From the human T2T-CHM13v2.0 reference genome, Homo sapiens: a DNA stretch of 64,000 nucleotides. Location of the stretch: the NCBI RefSeq assembly GCF_009914755.1, contig NC_060938.1, one strand, 5' to 3'. The position numbers and the translations under genes are program-made. How positions within the stretch are numbered: position 1 is the first letter of the stretch; each line of letters begins with the position of its first letter. This document shows, piece by piece, positions 55,586 through 64,000 of the stretch. The notes under the pieces are model-generated. The model worked only from the letters and a program-made list of their open reading frames with translations. It had not been told where the DNA came from and made no database searches.

Positions 55586-56118
55586 CTCCAGGCTCAGCCA
55601 CAGGCCAGTTGCATCTTGGCTGGATCTAAGGGCTTCCTCTTTCCTAGGCAATATTAGGTTTTCTATTGTATAACAAATTACCACAAACCTAAATTAGAAA
55701 TTTGGCATGGAATAGCTGGTTTCTCCACTTGGGTTATCACAACGTAAAAATTATGATGTTATTCTGGCTGAGTTTTCATCTAGAGTCTCTGTGGACAAGT
55801 TCACTTCCAAGCTTATTCTTGCTGTTGGAAGAATTCAGTCCCTGTGGTCTTAGGGTCTAAGATCCATTTCTTTCCTAGCTGTAAGGAAGGGAAAGCCCTC
55901 AGCTCCTAGGGGCTGCCCGTATTCCTTGACACTTCATCCCTCCATCTTTAAACTGGCACCAGTGCATAGAATCCATCTCTCATACTTTGAATCTCTGCAC
56001 TTCTCTTCAATAACCAGCCAGAAACAGCTCTCTGCATTTAACAGGCTCATGTAATTAGGTCAGCCCACCTAGGTAATCTCCTTATTTTAACATCAATTAT
56101 GCCATAGAATATAAAATA

Positions 56119-57665
<1,547 letters not shown>

Positions 57666-57814
57666 TAACTCATGGGAATATCATCCATCATATTTGGAGT
57701 TCCATGGGTTATACAGGTCCTGTGCACCACATGGGTGGGAAATCTTAAGGGTTATTTTAGGATTTTGCCTCCCATTAATAACATAAAATCCTGTCTTATT
57801 TGTCTTTTATTAAA

Positions 57815-57960
57815 CCTATTATTTGGAACTACTTTAAACTTCTAGAAAGGTTGCAAAAATATTTCATGCTCCATATGTCACTCATGCAACTTCCCCTGTG
57901 TTAACATCTTATATAACTGTAGTAGAATCATTAGAAGGAAGGAAATCATTTTTAATAAAA
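57815..57960 (-). mobile_element. Old L1M 3'-end fragment
   Basis: TTTAAACTTCTAGAAAGGTTGCAAAAATA...TGTTAACATCTTATATAAC. Confidence 0.55.
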
Positions 57961-58438
57961 TGACTTATCTACCTCTGTATCCCACAAGAACTGGCATTAT
58001 AATCATCATGTACTACCTTTTCTTAGAATTCTGATTCATCTTTCAAGAGTTAGCCCAAAAGCTACCTCTAGGGGAATCTCATTTTCCACTCTCTGAATAC
58101 ACCATGCCCATTTGCAAAGTCCTGCATTATGACACTTACATAAACAATTAGAGAATAATATATGTTTGTTTCCTGTATCTAAAATATATATTTATTAATC
58201 ATATATTTTTTAAGAATTTCCATGGTTCTGTATGTCAGACAAAGAGCTAATAAAAGCAGAAACCATAGTTATGCGCCTTCTCTCTTTCCCACTTTCTATC
58301 TAGTATAAATCCTAGACTGTAATATGCCATTCATTAATATCTGGTTGAATAAATAAGGTGTAATATGAGAGTATTCACAAAAATTGTGATTAAAAATTCT
58401 TTGGATCTTCAAATGTGCTCAAAGATTACATCATTACA

Positions 58439-58819
58439 TGTTAACATACATTAAATTAAACTGAATTTGCCATATGCAGCAAAGGATAACCTAACTTATA
58501 TGAACAAATCACAATTGAACTTGAAAGTATATTATTGTAACGAGTAACCAAGTCTCAGTCAATCCCAGCAGCCGAGCTTTCAGCCAATCACAGGCTGTTG
58601 ACTGCTCAGGTATGTCCATATAAGGCAAATATCAAGCTGTAACCAATCAGGTTATATCTGTATGCCATTTTCTTTTCCTGTCTATAAATACTGTTTGTCA
58701 TGTTGCTGAATGGAGCTTTCTGAAGCTTTACTGGTTTAGGGTGCTGCCTCATTTATGACTCATTTATTTGCTCAAATAAACTCTGCTAAATTATTTTTTC
58801 TTAAGATTTTCTTTTAACA
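58439..58819 (+). mobile_element. MER57-family ERV1 solo LTR
   Basis: TGTTAA...CAGCCAATCACAGGC...ATAAGGCAAA...GCTGTAACCAATC...CTCAAATAAACTCTGCTAAA...TTTTCTTTTAACA. Confidence 0.8.
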
Positions 58820-60014
58820 CATATATAGCATATATTTTTTAAAACAAGTTTGATAGTTATTTTTTTCTTTAGGTTACCACATTGGTGTGCAATTTTTATT
58901 TTTCTGATTTGGAAAGTAAATATCCACCTCCATAGTTATATGCCTTTTTTATTCCATGCATATTCTCACAGACCTCTTTGTAAGATTAATGGAGCTTCAA
59001 AAAATTTCTATATGCTAAAAATTATTCTCTTGATAATAATGCTCTTAAATTCATTGCATAGGCAAAGCTTTGCAGATACCTCTGGGTACTAAAAAGAAAA
59101 TGCGCAAGTTAAGAATGTAATTCCATGACATTCCACTCTTCCTTGCACAAACAAAATGATGGAATGAGGCTGATGTCTGCCAAGCGCAGAGCAGGGAAAA
59201 GGTGCCCATTAGAGCTCCACACTGTAAGAGCAGAGTGCTCGTCAGGAAGGATCTCAAAGCAGAAGGGCACTTTCCCGCGTAGCATATGGAGAACATCACA
59301 TAGCCAGCAGGATAAATTAATGGCCCCATAATAAAATACATTTTCACGTGCTATTAAAGCTGTTGTCACACTTCATTGCATAGATGACTGGAAGCTCCTA
59401 GTGATGGAAGGTGAGGTCAGCTTCCTAAACCATCCTGAGTTAATGAGTGGGCAGTTCTTTCCCATAAAGTTTCCTGGAGGTTGGGGGTTCTCTGTATTCA
59501 ATTCGGTCACTTTCTTTGTAGGGAAATAAGTAATGGCCCTTCAACACAGAGACCTGGAAATAGAGGAGCAAAATGGCCCTTCCAGGTAGGCACTACTAAC
59601 TGGGGTTTCATAGATGACAAAAACAGAAAGGTGTCTGGACTATAAGCCATCTTCCATAATTTCTGTGACGGGGAGTGGATTGACATTTTTTGACACTAGT
59701 GACTTCCAACATGTTTATATTAGCATTATGAGCAAAAGTAATCTATAGAAATTTGCTGGTTGGACCTATGTTATGGACCACCAAAGCATTTCAGTAAAAA
59801 GTGCAACTTATTCCACTCAATGATCATTTAATGACATAGTTAGGTGTCAGAAAGCATGGTTTTTTCACTACCTATCTATGTTTCATTGTTGAGGTTTCAC
59901 ATTTTTGAAGAACCTAAACACTTAAAATAAGATGGTGCCTCATTCATGTTTTACCACATAATATATGCTCAGTAATATTTGATATTTTAGTATACAGATG
60001 CCAGAAACAGTGTC

Positions 60015-60205
60015 AATGTGTGTGGTAGAAATGACAGCATGTCAGGAATAAGAAATCTTTGTGCCAATACTGGATCTACATCTACCTTTCTGTGTCACCT
60101 TGAACAAATCATCCCATCTTTCAGAATCATAATTATCCCCTTGTAAATAAGAATACCAGACAAGATAAGCGGTCAGATTCCTTCTTCCTCAAAACTTTTA
60201 TGATT
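60015..60205 (+). mobile_element. MIR (MIR3/MIRc-like)
   Basis: GTGTGGTAGAAA...TGTGTCACCTTGAACAAATCA...TTTTATGATT. Confidence 0.65.
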
Positions 60206-61024
60206 TTTCTGTGGTATCAGCTAACAGCAACTTTTTCAGCACTGAGGCTTCAATATGCTAAAAGTGTTTTAAAATAATAAAATGGTAATTATAAGTATCA
60301 AGCATCATTGCTTCATAATCTGCCCTTTATTTCAGGATTCCTCAGGCGCACTCTTTGTATTAAAAACCACAGACCGGTTCATCGCAAAACTATTCTGGTT
60401 AAAGAGACAAAAGCTTGTTTTGTCTAGATGGACCACAACCACAACCACTGTAGTTGACCTGGCACATAATTTATTATTGCAAAAGGAGGTATCCAACTCA
60501 CAGGAAAAGGAGGCAAGCCCCCTTTTTGCATTCCAAGCATTAACAACGTTTGCTTTTTTCCTCTCCTCTCAGACTTTGAGCTCTTTGTCTCTTTTACTCT
60601 TCTAAGTCTCCATTTCCTGAACCTAATCTTATAGATGTCTGCATTCAGCTGTGACAAGACCGTGTAAGGATTGCAAGGTCATGTTATCAGCGGTCAAAGT
60701 ATAAGCTGACAGGTTGAAAAATCAGACAGTGGGTTCACAGACCAATGTGTAGTTAATTCCACTCTTAACGTGGACCTCACACAATCTTTCAACCCAAGGA
60801 CATACCGAAGGAACAATGGAAAGAAGTGTTTTGATTTCATTATGTTGTCATAATATTTTCTTAAACTTCAAATGGATTGCAATCTCTACTTCTACACATG
60901 CAAATATCATACATTTGGGGGCTCAAAATCATGTTTCTCAGCCTAAGTTTTCGTCAAATAAAATGAGAAAATCTAGCTATTTTCCCTATTTAAAAAACTC
61001 GTAACAGTCATTTCCATAAAATAT

Positions 61025-61420
61025 ATATAGTAAAGAATACAGATGGCCAAAGAAATATATAAAATTTATTTCACCAGTGCTTAAAAACCTGCAAATTAAA
61101 ATACAATATCATTTTTTATTTTCTTAAATAGGGCATTGAAATATGCAATGTGTAGGATTTAGCAAAATAAGCATAACATTTCTGTCTTTCCCTCACAGCA
61201 TTATTCCACTAAAGAGTAATGGATTTGGATACATGTTGATTTCCTTAAATAGATCTATAAAATCACAAACATATAAAATATAGAGACATTGTTCACAATA
61301 AAATACAACTATACAAAAGATACATTGATGACTTCTGGAGAGATATGGTTAATTAGATACACATAACATAAAAGTTTTTTTGATGTGTTCAGAAATAGGG
61401 AAAATCAAATCATACATCTA
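61025..61420 (+). mobile_element. Very old L1ME fragment
   Basis: AATACAGATGGCCAAAGAAATATA...TGCAAATTAAAATACAATATCATTTT. Confidence 0.5.
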
Positions 61421-64000
61421 AAAAAAGTGAAAAACACTCCAAGAGAAAGTGAAAAATGATTATTACAAATGAAATAATAATTTCCCCTGTGTAAGTTCCG
61501 CCTTCTGTCCCCTCCATTCTGATGAAATTGGCTCATACCCCCTTTGTTACTCTCTGTACCCTGAACCTCTATCCCAGCTCCAGAAATTATTTATTATACA
61601 TATATTTCTATATGTAGCTCTCTATATTTAGTGAGGTTTTTCAAGGGTTGGATCAAATTTTATTTGCCTCTATTTTCCAATACCTAGCAGAACAGAAGCA
61701 TATCCCAACTTGTCCGGTCAAGGGAATCATCCTCTGGAGTGCTTTTGGTGAATTACACAATATCCACCAGCCTTTATGAGAAGTTATTTTGTTGGCAGAG
61801 GGCTGCTCTGACATCCTGTGCACCTGAGGTACGGTTCTATTTCCATTCTCTCAGGGAACAGGTTGATGCCATGCTTGGAGAGCTCTTGGTGAGCATGTGT
61901 CTCTGGGTTCTATTCCTTTTCTGTTCACCAACTTTTGCCAAAGGAGTAAGCCCAAAGGCTGACATCATGTTATCTCTCTTAACATCTGAAGTAGCATTTG
62001 AGATGGGGACAATGCTGTACTGCTATGTAGTTTTGTGCCATTCAGCAACTGATAGTATAAGAGATATCATGTTTGAGGGGTGGTGAGTCTGCATCTGATT
62101 ATATAAGTGCCTTCAAAGAGTGAGCATTTTCCACTCTGCTCGTTGAAAGAATAAGCTCTAATCCTATTTCATTTTTTATTGTCAAATAACCAGATTTCCT
62201 TGACTTTGCACACCTTATTTTGGTGCCTTTCTTTGGTAAAGAAATGACATTGCAAATAACTTTTTAGATCACAAATTGTTCTGTGCTTTATAATATTTCA
62301 TCCCAAGAAAACCCATTACCCCTTCTTTTTAAAACAGATAATAAAAATAGAGCATGAAAAAGCTAAATGTCTCCCAAGACCACATACTTACGAAGAGTTG
62401 CTAGAAAGAAGGGTCATCATTTACCCCTCTCCCCAAACAGTGTGTGGCCCTTTGCTGAGATGGTCTGGACAGTTGGATGGAGACCAGATTCCTTGCTTGG
62501 TCAATCATCCTGGCAGTCACTGCCCTGTATAATTTCCCATCTGTTAGTCTGTAGTGATACCCTAGCAAATCAAAACTTGTAGATTTTTAAGCATTAGTTG
62601 GGTTAATTCCTCAGTTGAGGGTTTGGAAAATAGAGCTCTAGGTTAAGTATGAGGCTATGGAGAGAAAAGAAAACTAATTTGATTAAAGGCCAAGAAAGAT
62701 ATTTAACTAAAGAGTAAATTTTTAACTCATAACTTTTAATAACCAGTCCCATATTTTGCGTTGTTTTTCCTATTACATCTGGGATATTTTATATTTCCTA
62801 TGAATCATATAAATAGATGTTTTCATATAAAGTCTCTTTTCCTGTTAAACCTTACAGAAGTAAAACCTAACTTCTTCAGAAAACACGTTTTCATCATCTT
62901 TATTATTCAACATTTCAATTATTATTCGGTTATTATTTTACTCCAATGATTAACAATTATGTGTCTGAGCTCACTGACTGAAATTATATGTTTCCATTGC
63001 TCTTTTTACTAATGCAATACTAGGTTAGTGCTTATGTAAATATATTTTAATTTTCCAATTTGTTAATTCATTATCTCTAGCATTTAAGATAAAAAATTTC
63101 GAGGTACATTCTCCAGAGCAGAATTCTATTATATTTTAGCCAAGATCACCGTAAGTGCATTAGAAAAGGAATGCCTTCTCCAAGAACATATTCCTGTAAT
63201 TGCTGTCACTTCCACCACTCCATGCCCATCTCATCATTAAATCAAGTTTAGATTGTGCTTCTCGGCCGTCTCTGATACTATGCATCACTCCATAGAAAAA
63301 TGTTTATAAATGAAATTAAATCAAATATTCACACACACCCCAATCATTATGAGTGATTAATTTTCTTTTCTAGACTGCATTAAGGTCCTTCGTTGATATT
63401 CTTAGCAGAGACTGAGGCCTCTAATTCATTGCTCGCCCCTCTCTCCCTGCAATACCCCCTTTTTAATGGGCCAGGGTCGTGCTGGGATACTCATTAGTTT
63501 CCTGCTAGCTGTTCTGCCAAGCAGCTTCTGAGGCCTTAGCGTCACCTCAGAAATCATTAACGGAACTGGTGCTGCAATCTCCACCTGCCAGGCGTAGGGT
63601 AATCATTTAGAGACTGAAACTTGTTTCTCCATAAATGAGCATTTTGGGAAGGGAAAGCTCGTGTGTTACATTCATTTTCTCCAAACAAACGAGATTTTGG
63701 TACCTGAGGTGTGAAGGCAGATGTTTGCACGTATCCTGGTCATGCTTGGGGAACAGGAATGATTTGGTGTGGAGGCTGGTGTGATTTACTTTTGGCTAAA
63801 AAAGTAGAGACAAGGATATATGGAGAACCAAAAAATGTCTAATCACAGATGTGATTTTCCAGAGCTGCATTTACCTTGCACCATACAGGTTTTATGGTTA
63901 AAGATAGAACTACTGGCATTGTTTCTTATGGCATCATTCAAAATTATGTCTCAGGCCCTCAGGAGTTCAGGCTTCATGTAGACTTACTGACCCCCGTGTA

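Overview
AT-rich, repeat-dense human genomic DNA. A human-specific AluYb8 at 1-183 fixes the species; the locus itself was not recognised. I see no confident protein-coding gene, RNA gene or CRISPR array. The window reads as intronic or intergenic sequence built largely from transposon fossils: 13 Alu/FLAM copies, a young 5'-truncated L1PA with target-site duplication (TSD), a 5'-inverted (twin-primed) L1PA, a ~6.9-kb old L1M, many L2/MIR fragments, MaLR and ERV1 solo LTRs, and DNA transposons (MER1A, MER2, Tigger3b, MER117-like, half of a MADE1). The most interesting structure is a CpG-rich solo LTR12 (ERV9) on the minus strand (29576-30986). It has a CCAAT-box array, a splice donor just past its end, a near-consensus CTCF site ~0.9 kb downstream and a well-formed 111-nt minus-strand exon candidate at 20427-20537. 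Together these suggest a possible LTR12-driven spliced transcript, which is an inference needing RNA data. Nearly all ORFs in the track are repeat-derived or chance ORFs. I cannot support a new biological system from this sequence alone. Repeat subfamily calls come from recalled consensus features, and boundaries of old repeats are approximate.
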